Both the position numbers and the translations under genes were made by a program. Of a DNA stretch of 64,000 nt, positions 9,937-19,534 are shown piece by piece. Under the pieces are notes generated by a model. The model was given only the letters and a program-made list of their open reading frames with translations, was not told where the DNA came from and did not search any database. The first letter of the stretch is position 1. Each line of letters begins with the position of its first letter. Source of the DNA: Nitrososphaerota archaeon (GTDB taxonomy: Archaea; Thermoproteota; Nitrososphaeria_A; Caldarchaeales; Calditenuaceae); assembly GCA_033581555.1 (NCBI GenBank), contig JAVQSZ010000004.1:64001-128000 (forward strand), given 5' to 3'.

Positions 9937-11632
9937 GAGACTCCTTCCCCCGACGGAGCCGATAGTTCAACCACCTTGAAGCGAAGAAGGCCACGCTTGC
10001 GACCACCATCAGAGGCGCGCCGAAGAACCCAGTGAAGGCCGATCTCATTAGCGAGTTGAAGAAGAACAGAGCGTCGTTCATGTCAGGGGACGGGAACCTG
10101 AAGCTGGCGCCGTAATCGACGTAGAACGGCAACGCGTAAGCTAAGCTGACCAGTATTGCGGCCAGTGCCGTGAAAACAGAGATCACGAGAGCCCTGAACA
10201 AGTCCCTCCTCGAAGGCACGAACTCTACTACCCCGATGATGGCGCCCGCGACCAGCCCTCCGACGATTGCGCTCGTCTGAATTCTGCTGATCAGCCATCC
10301 GAACGACTCTATGTCTGAGAGGCTGAAGGGGCCATTGTTCAGCGCGTAGGAAGCCCAGAAAGACAGCTCATACGCCAGCAGTCCGATGATCAGCGAAATC
10401 AAGTGCCTCCGCAAGCCTCTGACCACGGTCACTTTGACCGCGAGTCCTGTCACAACGACGGCGAAGGAAGTCGCCGCGGCGGCCAGGGCTAACCTGAGGT
10501 TTCCGCCTCCCTTCCTCAGGTCCTTGGTCATCGAGTCGTAACGGCTTACGGGATCCGTTGTGGGATCCGTCCTGAGTCCGGTCGCCTCGCTTAACGCTCC
10601 GACCACCCTCAGCCCCTGATCGATCGATGCTCTGAGGTAACGCTCAACGGTATCACCCGGAAGTGCAAAGCCTCCACCCAACACGACGCCTATGGAGTTC
10701 GCGGGAATCTTCCATCCCATCACCATCGATACTGTGGGAGCGACGTCGTTGTGCGTGAACGCATCGTCATAGACGCCGGGCTTCACGACGGGTCCTAAGA
10801 ACAACAGGAAGACCCTCCTGACTTCGCGCTCTGGTCCTCCGTGATGTGCTCCTCTCTTGAACCCGTGATCGGTTAAAATGACTATCAATGTGTCATCGCT
10901 TAAGCCGTCCCTTTTCAAAGAATTCAGGAAGTTCATGGTCAATTGGACTATGTTCACTACGGTCGCGTTGTACTCCTCTCCTGGAAACCCAGCTTTGTGT
11001 CCCATAATGTCTACGTCATTTACCCCAACCCACAGGAAGACCTTATGGCCCATGTTTGCGTGCCTCTTGAGGAGCTCGAGGCCTTTGCTCAATGAAAGGG
11101 CGCCGTGCCCTCCACCGTCGCCGACGCTCACGCACTCGTCGATGAGGTGCGAGAACAGGGTTCTGAAGGAGTCGTCGCCGCTGCAGAGTATCCTGTACCC
11201 AGATTCCTTGGCGACTTTGACGAGACTGTCTACCTTGAGGGTCCTCTTGAAGTCATTCGAGGACGCCTCGTTCAGTTCTGGAGGGGTCCCGGTAAGTATG
11301 GATGCCCTGGCGGGCAAGGAGTAGGAGGGCATGTTAGACAGGCCGTTCGGGTAAAACGCGCCGAGTGAAAGGAGCGATGCTATGTGGTCGTGCTTGCGGC
11401 TCAGGTCGGTCAAGACTCTCACGTCTAGGCCGTCGAGCAGAACGAAGACGACGTGCTTCGCTGCGGCCTCTCCCGAGACCTCTACGCGATCGACTTCGGT
11501 CAGCGCGTCCAGGTACGGGTTCCTGTAATCGATCCAGCCGTTGTAGGCGCTAAGGGCCGTGGAGGCCGCAGCATAGGAGAGGGCCGGAACGAGGATGAGG
11601 GCGATCGCGAGGGACGCGTAGAATAGCTTCAC
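9926..11632 (-). CDS. Alkaline-phosphatase-superfamily membrane protein resembling GPI ethanolamine-phosphate transferases
   Basis: N-terminal TM, LLDGL, PSYSLP nucleophile region, DVDIMGH, TDHG..HHGG, HNDVAPT..IPANSIG, about 5 C-terminal TMs. Start is 11632 or 11647. Confidence 0.7.
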   Translation of the reverse strand: MKLFYASLAIALILVPALSYAAASTALSAYNGWIDYRNPYLDALTEVDRVEVSGEAAAKHVVFVLLDGLDVRVLTDLSRKHDHIASLLSLGAFYPNGLSNMPSYSLPARASILTGTPPELNEASSNDFKRTLKVDSLVKVAKESGYRILCSGDDSFRTLFSHLIDECVSVGDGGGHGALSLSKGLELLKRHANMGHKVFLWVGVNDVDIMGHKAGFPGEEYNATVVNIVQLTMNFLNSLKRDGLSDDTLIVILTDHGFKRGAHHGGPEREVRRVFLLFLGPVVKPGVYDDAFTHNDVAPTVSMVMGWKIPANSIGVVLGGGFALPGDTVERYLRASIDQGLRVVGALSEATGLRTDPTTDPVSRYDSMTKDLRKGGGNLRLALAAAATSFAVVVTGLAVKVTVVRGLRRHLISLIIGLLAYELSFWASYALNNGPFSLSDIESFGWLISRIQTSAIVGGLVAGAIIGVVEFVPSRRDLFRALVISVFTALAAILVSLAYALPFYVDYGASFRFPSPDMNDALFFFNSLMRSAFTGFFGAPLMVVASVAFFASRWLNYRLRRGKESHGG

Positions 11633-11668
11633 AACGCACTCACACATGCAATTCGGGCTGAACGCGAT

Positions 11669-13495
11669 TTAAGGGTTGCAGCCATCTTCGTCGTGAATCG
11701 GAACAGACCGACTGGACTTGTTGAGTAGCGCTTCTTGGGCTGCGGTAATTGGTGGGGCGCTCTTCGACGCAGTGAGCTCACGGGTGAACGCACGGGTCAT
11801 TCGCGCGCTCTCGGACCGGTAACGGGTCCCACGTTCACGGTCGAGTCCTAGTACGTAATTTCGCAGCAAGTAAGTCATGACGCCCGCCACCAGCGCGGTG
11901 ATCAGGTTGCCGACCGCATGGAACTGACCATATGCTACTCCCAGGAGCAGGTACCACGCGATCAGGGGCCCGAGGAAGATCCTCTCTCCGAACTCGATCA
12001 GGAGCATCAAGAACGTGGTGAGGCCCGCGACCAGCAGGAGGGCCCTGACAGGCCTCCGCCTCACGAACGGTATCCACGGCCAGAGCGTGAGGATCGGTGC
12101 GAGTAGGACCACTGTCCCGAACCTGTTGTAGAGGAGCGAGGCGACGGCTGCGACCGAGAGTGCGACCATCACGGGGAACGGGTGCGCACGTCCCCTCTGA
12201 CGGAACATGACTGCGGCCGCGACCGGAGGAGCGAGGAAGAGGGCGAAGACCAACGGGTCCGGCGAGTAAAGGTATGGATGCCGCGGCGGAGGAGGGTAGG
12301 TGTCGTACCTCGGTATCAGGCCGAGGGCCGGCGAGACCGATACGAGCGAGAAGGAGACGACGAAGGCGGCCGCGTAGACGCCGAGCTCGAGGAACGCGCC
12401 CTTGACCTCCCTCCTCCTCTCCCAGAGCGATGCCGCGTGGACGATGACCGGTATCGCGAGGACCGAGGGAGCGACGTACGTCACCGGACCAGGCACGTAA
12501 CGGCCGTCCAGCGCGAGGTAATCGTCGTCGTATGGAGGTACGCGGTCGGCCTCGTCGAGGCTCTTGACCAGTGCGTAGACGTAGCGGCCGTAGGCCTCGA
12601 AGGAACTGACCCTCATGTTCTCCATCGTGTCCTTGGGAGTGTGGTAGACCTCCCTCGCGAGCTCGGGAGCGTCGCCCCTGGTCGATACCTCGATCGCGGG
12701 GATTCCCTTAGCGATGATGGGCCCCTGATCCGTGAAGGAGATGTCGACCGCCCTATAGACGTACTCCCACAGGCCGCTCGGGTCCTCGACGCGGACTCCC
12801 AAGCGATCGCCCACGTCCCTGCAGAGCCTCCTGAGCCATAGCGGAGCGTACCCGGAGAATTGGCCCATCGACTCGAGGTAGATCGACGTCAAGTTGCCGA
12901 CCGTGAGGTCCTCGGCGACCACCACAGCTCTGATCGGCGGGCCCTCGTACCGCTCGACGAAGTGCCTCGCTCCCTGCATCCCCCACTCCTCCGAGTCGAC
13001 GAAGGCGAAGACGATCTCGCGCCTGTTGGGGACTTCCCTCAACGACCGCGCCAGCTCGAGAAGGACTCCGACGTGACCGGCCGTGTCGCTCGCTGCCTGG
13101 TAGCTCGTGGGGGCCATGTCGTAGTTGACCAGGACGACGACCGCATCGGGGACGCTTCCTTTGAGCGACGCGTAGACGTTCCTCCCGTTCCTGGGCCGCT
13201 CGAGGACCACCTCGAACTCCTGGACCTTTACCTCGTAGCCCATCTCGCGTAGCCGGTCGCTGATCCAGAGGAACGCCCGGAAGGCGTCCTCGCTCCCTGT
13301 AGTCCTATATGGGAAGCGGGACGCTAGCTCGGCGGCGTACTCGTAGGCTTTGGTCGCGTTGAACCTGATCTCCTGGACGACCGGCTCGATCTCCGGCACG
13401 ACCGGCTCCGAGACGAGGTGGAGCAGCAGGAAGGCAGCGACGCATGACACGTAGACCGCGGCCAGAACCCTATTGTCTCTCAACGTCGACGCCAA
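11669..13495 (-). CDS. Membrane M28-family metallopeptidase-like protein (N-terminal TM, M28 domain, multiple C-terminal TMs)
   Basis: RTTGS, VNYD, ASDTAG, DSEEWGMQGA, TDQGP, YHTPKD. Confidence 0.8.
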   Translation of the reverse strand: MASTLRDNRVLAAVYVSCVAAFLLLHLVSEPVVPEIEPVVQEIRFNATKAYEYAAELASRFPYRTTGSEDAFRAFLWISDRLREMGYEVKVQEFEVVLERPRNGRNVYASLKGSVPDAVVVLVNYDMAPTSYQAASDTAGHVGVLLELARSLREVPNRREIVFAFVDSEEWGMQGARHFVERYEGPPIRAVVVAEDLTVGNLTSIYLESMGQFSGYAPLWLRRLCRDVGDRLGVRVEDPSGLWEYVYRAVDISFTDQGPIIAKGIPAIEVSTRGDAPELAREVYHTPKDTMENMRVSSFEAYGRYVYALVKSLDEADRVPPYDDDYLALDGRYVPGPVTYVAPSVLAIPVIVHAASLWERRREVKGAFLELGVYAAAFVVSFSLVSVSPALGLIPRYDTYPPPPRHPYLYSPDPLVFALFLAPPVAAAVMFRQRGRAHPFPVMVALSVAAVASLLYNRFGTVVLLAPILTLWPWIPFVRRRPVRALLLVAGLTTFLMLLIEFGERIFLGPLIAWYLLLGVAYGQFHAVGNLITALVAGVMTYLLRNYVLGLDRERGTRYRSESARMTRAFTRELTASKSAPPITAAQEALLNKSSRSVPIHDEDGCNP

Positions 13496-14549
13496 GCCCC
13501 TTCAGTCCCTCCAGGAAAGACGCGGGGTCGATGACCGCCTCGGGCGGGAGCACACCCCTCTCCGACACCTCGCCCCTCAGGATCGAGTGAGCGCCGAGGG
13601 CGGCGGGCGCAGCCGTCAGCTTCCTCATCCTGTTCACGGAGCAGTAGCTAACCCGCCTCTCGCCCCTCACGGCCTCGACCCTGACGCCGCTGAGCCCGAC
13701 CCCTCCGACCCTGAAGACGCCCTCGATTCTGTGGATCGCCCTCGAGAGCTGCTCGAGCCTCTCCTCGGTCGAGGTCAGCCGCATTCCGACTAGCGTCCTG
13801 AGCAGACCGTTCTGCCACGCCGGGACTAGGCCCCCTCTCACGGTCACGTTCCTAGAGACCCTGAGGTGACTTGGTATCGTGAGCGGCTCTGGGTGGCCCA
13901 CGTAGTACAGCTTCAGCTTCCCGATGAAGGGGAACTCGAAGACGGCCGGAGACGATCCTGCCCTCACCTTGGTCAGCCTGCCCTCGAGGTACATCGGGAC
14001 CTCGCCCGTGACGGTGTGGAGGAGGTGCATCACGACCGCGAGCCCCTTCGAGTCGGCGGCCGACCCGAACCAACCTATGTTCACCTCGTCGACCTCTCCT
14101 CCTAGCTCCTCGCAGCACCTCTTCGCAATGACATTAGAGAGCCCTGGCGTCCACCCGAGACCGGTTACGAAGGTGACGTCCTTCTCGATGGCTCGCCGGT
14201 GCAGGCCGAGGATCCTCTCGGTGGCGTCGTGGTCGTCGCAGACGTCGACCGCGTCGATCCCCAGCTCGATCAGGGCTGAGGCCACGACGTGCCCGTACTT
14301 GAAGAACGGCCCCACGGCGCTCACGACGACCTCATACCCTCTCGCTGCGGTCATGTCCTCCCTCGAGGTGACGTCGACCTTGACGGCCCCAACGTCGCCC
14401 AAGTCTTTCAGGGACCGTGCGACCTCGAGCGCTCGCTGGACGTTCACGTCGCCTATGTCGACCTCCTCTCCGAGCTTCACCAGCTCCTCGACTATTCCGC
14501 CCCCGATGTCGCCGGCTCCGCCGAGCACCAGGACGCGCCTGGACCTCAT
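13470..14549 (-). CDS. Saccharopine dehydrogenase / lysine 6-dehydrogenase-family oxidoreductase
   Basis: LGGAGDIG, SAVGPF, GLGWTPGLSN, GHPEP, GVLPPE. Confidence 0.8.
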   Translation of the reverse strand: MRSRRVLVLGGAGDIGGGIVEELVKLGEEVDIGDVNVQRALEVARSLKDLGDVGAVKVDVTSREDMTAARGYEVVVSAVGPFFKYGHVVASALIELGIDAVDVCDDHDATERILGLHRRAIEKDVTFVTGLGWTPGLSNVIAKRCCEELGGEVDEVNIGWFGSAADSKGLAVVMHLLHTVTGEVPMYLEGRLTKVRAGSSPAVFEFPFIGKLKLYYVGHPEPLTIPSHLRVSRNVTVRGGLVPAWQNGLLRTLVGMRLTSTEERLEQLSRAIHRIEGVFRVGGVGLSGVRVEAVRGERRVSYCSVNRMRKLTAAPAALGAHSILRGEVSERGVLPPEAVIDPASFLEGLKGLGVDVERQ

Positions 14550-15643
14550 AGCGATGCGCTGCTTAGGGCCTTCGGGAGCTTAGTCGTGTTCTCGTAACCC
14601 GTCGATCCCAGAACCACGTCGTCCTCCAGCCTCACTCCGAATTTCCCGGGCAAGTATATTCCGGGCTCGATCGTAAATATCATTCCAGACACCAGCGGAG
14701 ATTTGTCGCCCTCGACTATGTACGGCGCCTCGTGGACCTCGACCCCGAGCCCGTGGCCGGTGCGGTGTATGAAGAACGAAGCGTAACCCTCATGCGCAAT
14801 GACCGACCTCGCGGCCCTGTCGACCTCCTCAGCAGAAACTCCAACGGCTATCGCGTCCAAGGCCCGCTGCTGCGCCTCCAACACGACGCTGAAGACGCGC
14901 TCCTGCTCCGGGTCTGGTCTATCTAGCACAAAGGTCCTAGTGAAGTCGGCGTAGTAGCCCCTGTAACAGACCGAGGCGTCGAAGACTATCGCGTCGCCCT
15001 CACGGATCCTCCTCGACGTGGGCTCGAGGTGTGGGTTCGCGCCGTTCGGTCCGGACTGGATCAGGCAGTAAACGCTCTCGGCTCCCAAGTCGTAGCAACG
15101 ACGGAGGAACGTGGTCATCGCGTCCCTCTCAGTCATCCCGGGCCTGAACTCCGCCATCGTCTCGAGCATCGCCTCCTCCAAGACGCGGGCGGCCATCACG
15201 TGTCTGACGACCTCATCGGGGTCCTTCGGAAGCCTCATGCTGACGATAACGTGGTCGACTATGTCGAACTTCAGTCCCGGAGCCCTTTGCACGAGGTTCC
15301 TGTAAAGCCACACCGGCGTCCTCGACTCCACGCCGATCACCCCCGAGAGTCCGGAGAGCAGTCTCTCCACGAAGCCCCAGGGTCCCGTCCCGTCGCCGTA
15401 GGGGAGGACCTCACAGTAGCGTCCTATCGCCTCCTCGACCCTGTCCCTGTCGAGCTGTGGGACGACCATAACCGGCTCCCGGTCGAACCCGGCAAGGAGG
15501 AACGCGGGCCTCTCGAAGACCTCCAGCGTGAAGTCGAGGAGGTACCTCATGTTTGGGCCGGGCACGACTATCGCACCATCGAAACCGGACGCCCTGCAGA
15601 GCTCGAGGAACCTCTTCAGCCTCGAATCGACGCGGACCGGCAC
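14546..15643 (-). CDS. pepQ: Xaa-Pro dipeptidase (M24B prolidase)
   Basis: ANPH, YYADFTRT, HRTGHGLGVEVHEAP, TIEPGIY, GVRLEDD. Confidence 0.9.
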   Translation of the reverse strand: MPVRVDSRLKRFLELCRASGFDGAIVVPGPNMRYLLDFTLEVFERPAFLLAGFDREPVMVVPQLDRDRVEEAIGRYCEVLPYGDGTGPWGFVERLLSGLSGVIGVESRTPVWLYRNLVQRAPGLKFDIVDHVIVSMRLPKDPDEVVRHVMAARVLEEAMLETMAEFRPGMTERDAMTTFLRRCYDLGAESVYCLIQSGPNGANPHLEPTSRRIREGDAIVFDASVCYRGYYADFTRTFVLDRPDPEQERVFSVVLEAQQRALDAIAVGVSAEEVDRAARSVIAHEGYASFFIHRTGHGLGVEVHEAPYIVEGDKSPLVSGMIFTIEPGIYLPGKFGVRLEDDVVLGSTGYENTTKLPKALSSASL

Positions 15644-15782
15644 GCTCCGAATATGCGCCGGTGGGACTTAAGGTGAGAGGTCTCGCCGTCGATCAGGGCG
15701 CAACGCGATGCTCCTCTGACCCTCAGCGGATGCTGGGAGGAGCCGGAAAGCCAAAATACTGAACGTCATCGCTCAGCGGAGG

Positions 15783-16751
15783 ATGGGCGCGGATCCGCTC
15801 CTCACGGTGAAGGGCCTAAAGACCTACTTCTACACCTCGATGGGCGTCGTGAAGGCCGTCGACGGCGTCAGCCTGAGGGTGGGGAGGGGGTCCGCTGTCG
15901 GGATAATCGGGGAGTCGGGCTCGGGGAAGACGATGACCGGACTCTCGATCCTCAGGCTCGTGCCATATCCCGGCCGCATAGTCGCGGGTGAGGTCCTCTT
16001 GGACGGGGTAGACTTGCTCAAGCTCAGCGAGGAGGAGATGAGGAGGATAAGGGGGAAGAGGATCTCGATCGTCTTCCAGGACGCGCTCACCAGCCTGAAC
16101 CCCGTGTTGACGGTCGGCGAGCAGCTGGCCGAGCCCCTGATGACCCACCTCGGCCTCAGTAGGAAGGAGGCCTATGAGCGTGCCACGGAGATACTCAAAA
16201 GGGTCGGGATACCGGACGCGAGCAGGAGGCTCACCAACTACCCTCATCAGTTCAGCGGCGGCATGAGGCAGCGCGTCCTGATAGGCATGGCGATCTCTTG
16301 CAACCCGGAGCTCCTGATCGCGGACGAGCCCACGACGGCCCTCGACGTGACCACTCAGAAGCAGATCATGGACCTATTCAGGGAGCTGATGGAGAGGATG
16401 AAGATGACGCTTCTGCTGATCACTCACGACATAGGCGTGGCCGCAGAGGTGTGCGACTACATCTACGTGATGTACGCGGGCCAGATCGTCGAGGGCGGAC
16501 CGACTGAACAGATCATCTCGGACCCTAAGCATCCGTACACGAGAGGGCTGATAGAGTCGATCCCGAGGGGCTTCAAGACGGAGGCGAGGGCCAAGCCGAT
16601 CAGTGGGACGGTGCCCTCGCTCCTCAACCTACCTACCGGGTGCAGGTTCCATCCCCGCTGTCCTCTCGCGATGGAGAAGTGCAGGAGGGAGGAGCCCGAT
16701 CTCATAGAGCTCGGGGACGGAAGGAGCGTGAGGTGTCTGCTGTATGAGTGA
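15783..16751 (+). CDS. dppD: Peptide ABC transporter ATPase (DppD/OppD)
   Basis: GESGSGKT, FSGGMRQR, ADEPTT, GCRFHPRC. Confidence 0.92.
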   Translation: MGADPLLTVKGLKTYFYTSMGVVKAVDGVSLRVGRGSAVGIIGESGSGKTMTGLSILRLVPYPGRIVAGEVLLDGVDLLKLSEEEMRRIRGKRISIVFQDALTSLNPVLTVGEQLAEPLMTHLGLSRKEAYERATEILKRVGIPDASRRLTNYPHQFSGGMRQRVLIGMAISCNPELLIADEPTTALDVTTQKQIMDLFRELMERMKMTLLLITHDIGVAAEVCDYIYVMYAGQIVEGGPTEQIISDPKHPYTRGLIESIPRGFKTEARAKPISGTVPSLLNLPTGCRFHPRCPLAMEKCRREEPDLIELGDGRSVRCLLYE

Positions 16752-17709
16752 CGGCGAGCTCCTGATCCGGCTTGAGGACGTGAGGAAGTACTTCCCTGTC
16801 TACAGGGGGATCCTGAGGAGGAAGGTCGGGGAGGTCAAGGCCGTCGACGGCGTCTCGCTCGGTGTGAGGGCAGGGGAGGTCTTCTCCGTCGTCGGGGAGT
16901 CGGGGAGCGGGAAGACCACCCTCGGGAGGATCGCCTGCGGCCTCATCGAACCGGACAGCGGCTCGGTCTACCTCAGGGACACCCCCCTGAGCGAGCTGAA
17001 CGGCCGGAACGCGGCCCATGTCAGGAGGCGGCTCCAGATAATCTTCCAAGACCCGGACTCATCCCTTAACCCCAGGATGACCGTCGAGGCGACCCTCCGA
17101 GAGGCGCTGAGGGCCGCGGGGAAGGCCGGCACCCGCGCCGAGGCCCTAGAGCTCCTTCACATGGTGGGAATGAGGGCCGAGCACCTAGTCCGGTACCCGC
17201 ACGAGCTGAGCGGCGGCCAGAAGCAGAGGGTCTGCATTGCAAGGGCGCTTGCGGTCGACCCGGTCTTCATCGTCGCCGACGAGCCCGTATCCTCCCTCGA
17301 CGTCTCGATCAGGACGTCCATCCTGAACCTGATGCTGGACCTCCAGAGGAGTCTGAACCTCACTTACCTCTTCATCTCGCACGACATGGCGGTGACGAAG
17401 TACGTGGCCGACAGCGTCGCGGTGATGTACTTGGGGAAGATCTGCGAGATGGCACCGGCAAGCGCGTTCTTCAGCAACCCACTCCACCCCTACTCGAGGG
17501 CGCTGCTCTCATCGGTCCCGCAGTTCTACAACCTATGGTCCGGGGAGCACGTGAAGCTCACGGGAGACCCTCCGTCCGCTATGAGCCCGCCTCAGGGGTG
17601 CAGGTTCCACACGCGTTGCCCCTACGCGTTCGAGAGGTGCAGGGTAGAGGAGCCGAAGCTGATCGAGGCCGCTCCGGGTCACTTCGTCGCGTGTCACCTT
17701 TACGGCTAG
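16744..17709 (+). CDS. dppF: Peptide ABC transporter ATPase (DppF/OppF)
   Basis: GESGSGKTT, LSGGQKQR, DEPVSSLD, GCRFHTRC. Confidence 0.92.
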   Translation: MSDGELLIRLEDVRKYFPVYRGILRRKVGEVKAVDGVSLGVRAGEVFSVVGESGSGKTTLGRIACGLIEPDSGSVYLRDTPLSELNGRNAAHVRRRLQIIFQDPDSSLNPRMTVEATLREALRAAGKAGTRAEALELLHMVGMRAEHLVRYPHELSGGQKQRVCIARALAVDPVFIVADEPVSSLDVSIRTSILNLMLDLQRSLNLTYLFISHDMAVTKYVADSVAVMYLGKICEMAPASAFFSNPLHPYSRALLSSVPQFYNLWSGEHVKLTGDPPSAMSPPQGCRFHTRCPYAFERCRVEEPKLIEAAPGHFVACHLYG

Positions 17710-18605
17710 AGGAGCCTCATCCTAGGGTCGAGGGCGTCTCGGAGTCCGTCACCTATTAGGTTGAAGGAGAGGACGGTCAGGAAGATCGCGAGGCCCGGAG
17801 CCAACACGAGGTGCTGCTGCGAGAAGATGTAGAGGTAGTACTCCCCGAGCATCTGGCCCCACTCCGGCGTCGGCGGCTGTACCCCCACACCTAGGAACCC
17901 GAGTCCCGCAGCAACCAGTATCGCGGTCCCCATGTATAGCGTGGCCTGAACGATCACCGGCGAGAGCGCGTTGGGGAGGACGTGCCTGAACATGATCACG
18001 TAGCTGGGTAGCTGAAGGGCCCTCGCCGCCTCGACGTAGTGCATCTCCCTTATCGTCAGGACCGAGGCCCTCACGAGCCTCGTGAAGACCGGGATCGCTG
18101 TCACGCCGACCGAGATGATCACGTTCTGAAGTCCGACCCCGAGCATCGCGACCAGTGATAAGGCCAAGAGGAAGGTCGGGAAGGAGAGCAGGACGTCGGT
18201 GACCCTCTGGACCACCATGTCAACCCACCTCGAGAAGTACCCGGAGAGTAGTCCGAGGACGACCCCGATCGCCGCCCCGAAGGAGACTGCCGCGAGCCCC
18301 ACTAGAAGGGACATCCTGCTCCCGTAAAGGATCCTTGAGAGGACGTCCCTCCCCAACTGATCCGTCCCAAGCGGGTGCTGCGGGCTCGGAGGCCTCAACG
18401 CGTTAGCGAGGTCCTGCTTGATCGGGTCGTGTGGGTAGTAGTCGGCGAGCAGGGCGCTAGCGACGAACCCCATGAGTATCATCAGTCCCGCGACTGCGGC
18501 CCTGTTCCTCCTATACCTCCTCCAGAACTCCCCGAGGAGAGCGAACCTCGTCCTCTCCTCGACGCCCTCGAGCTCCCTGAGCAGCTCGGCCTCCTGGCTA
18601 GTCAT
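17706..18605 (-). CDS. dppC: Peptide ABC permease (DppC)
   Basis: HPLGTDQLGRD, YVEAARA, PEWG. Confidence 0.92.
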   Translation of the reverse strand: MTSQEAELLRELEGVEERTRFALLGEFWRRYRRNRAAVAGLMILMGFVASALLADYYPHDPIKQDLANALRPPSPQHPLGTDQLGRDVLSRILYGSRMSLLVGLAAVSFGAAIGVVLGLLSGYFSRWVDMVVQRVTDVLLSFPTFLLALSLVAMLGVGLQNVIISVGVTAIPVFTRLVRASVLTIREMHYVEAARALQLPSYVIMFRHVLPNALSPVIVQATLYMGTAILVAAGLGFLGVGVQPPTPEWGQMLGEYYLYIFSQQHLVLAPGLAIFLTVLSFNLIGDGLRDALDPRMRLL

Positions 18606-19527
18606 ATCTGATCCGCGGGTCTATGTAGGAATAAATTATGTCTACGATTATGTTGATCACTATGAAGATCGTCGCGGTCATCAGGACAACGCCCTGAATC
18701 ACCGGGTAGTCCCTCGCCATCAGCGACTCGTAGAGCAGCCTTCCGATGCCCGGCCACGCGAAGACCGTCTCTGTCAGGACTGCTCCCCCGAGCAGGTTCC
18801 CGAACTGGAGGCCCACTACGGTGACGACAGGGATCAGCGCGTTCCTGAGGGCGTGCTTGTAGACCACCGTCCTCTCCTCGAGCCCCTTCGACCTAGCTGT
18901 CCGGACGTAGTCCTGGCTCATCGCCTCGATCATGCTAGACCTGGTCATCCTGACTATGAGCGCGGAGGAGAAGAGCGCGAGCGTCAGGGCCGGAAGGACA
19001 ACGCTCTCGGGCCTCTCGGCCCCCGCAGCGGGAAGGAGGCGGAGGTTCACCGCGAAGACCAGGATGAGTATGATCCCGAGCCAGTAGACGGGCATCGAGA
19101 CACCGAAGAGCGAGGCAGTCGTTATTGCGTAGTCCGCCTTAGTGTAACGGTGCCTGGCAGAGAAGACGCCGACCAGAACCCCTATGATTATCGCGATGGC
19201 CATCGCGGCGAGCGTGAGAGCGAATGTGTAGGGAAGGCGCGACGCTATCTCCACGATGACCGGGTTCCCCGTCCTCGCGGAGGTCCCCAGATCGCCTCTG
19301 ATCAGGTTTGAGAGGAAGATGAAGTACTGCTCGTGTATGGGTTTGTCGAGCCCCAGGAACACCCGGATCCTCTGAACCTCCTCCTCGCTCGCTAGTAGAC
19401 CTGCGATCACCCTCGCGGGATCGCCGGGAAGGAGCCTGACCATTAGGAAGACTATGAGCGAGACGCCGAAAAAAGTGGGGATCGAAATCAGGACTCTCCT
19501 AACGACGTAGTTGAGGAGTCCACCCAC
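18598..19527 (-). CDS. dppB: Peptide ABC permease (DppB)
   Basis: PGDPA, DYVRTARSKG, ETVFAWPG. Confidence 0.92.
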   Translation of the reverse strand: MGGLLNYVVRRVLISIPTFFGVSLIVFLMVRLLPGDPARVIAGLLASEEEVQRIRVFLGLDKPIHEQYFIFLSNLIRGDLGTSARTGNPVIVEIASRLPYTFALTLAAMAIAIIIGVLVGVFSARHRYTKADYAITTASLFGVSMPVYWLGIILILVFAVNLRLLPAAGAERPESVVLPALTLALFSSALIVRMTRSSMIEAMSQDYVRTARSKGLEERTVVYKHALRNALIPVVTVVGLQFGNLLGGAVLTETVFAWPGIGRLLYESLMARDYPVIQGVVLMTATIFIVINIIVDIIYSYIDPRIRYD

Positions 19528-19534
19528 TTTCGGA

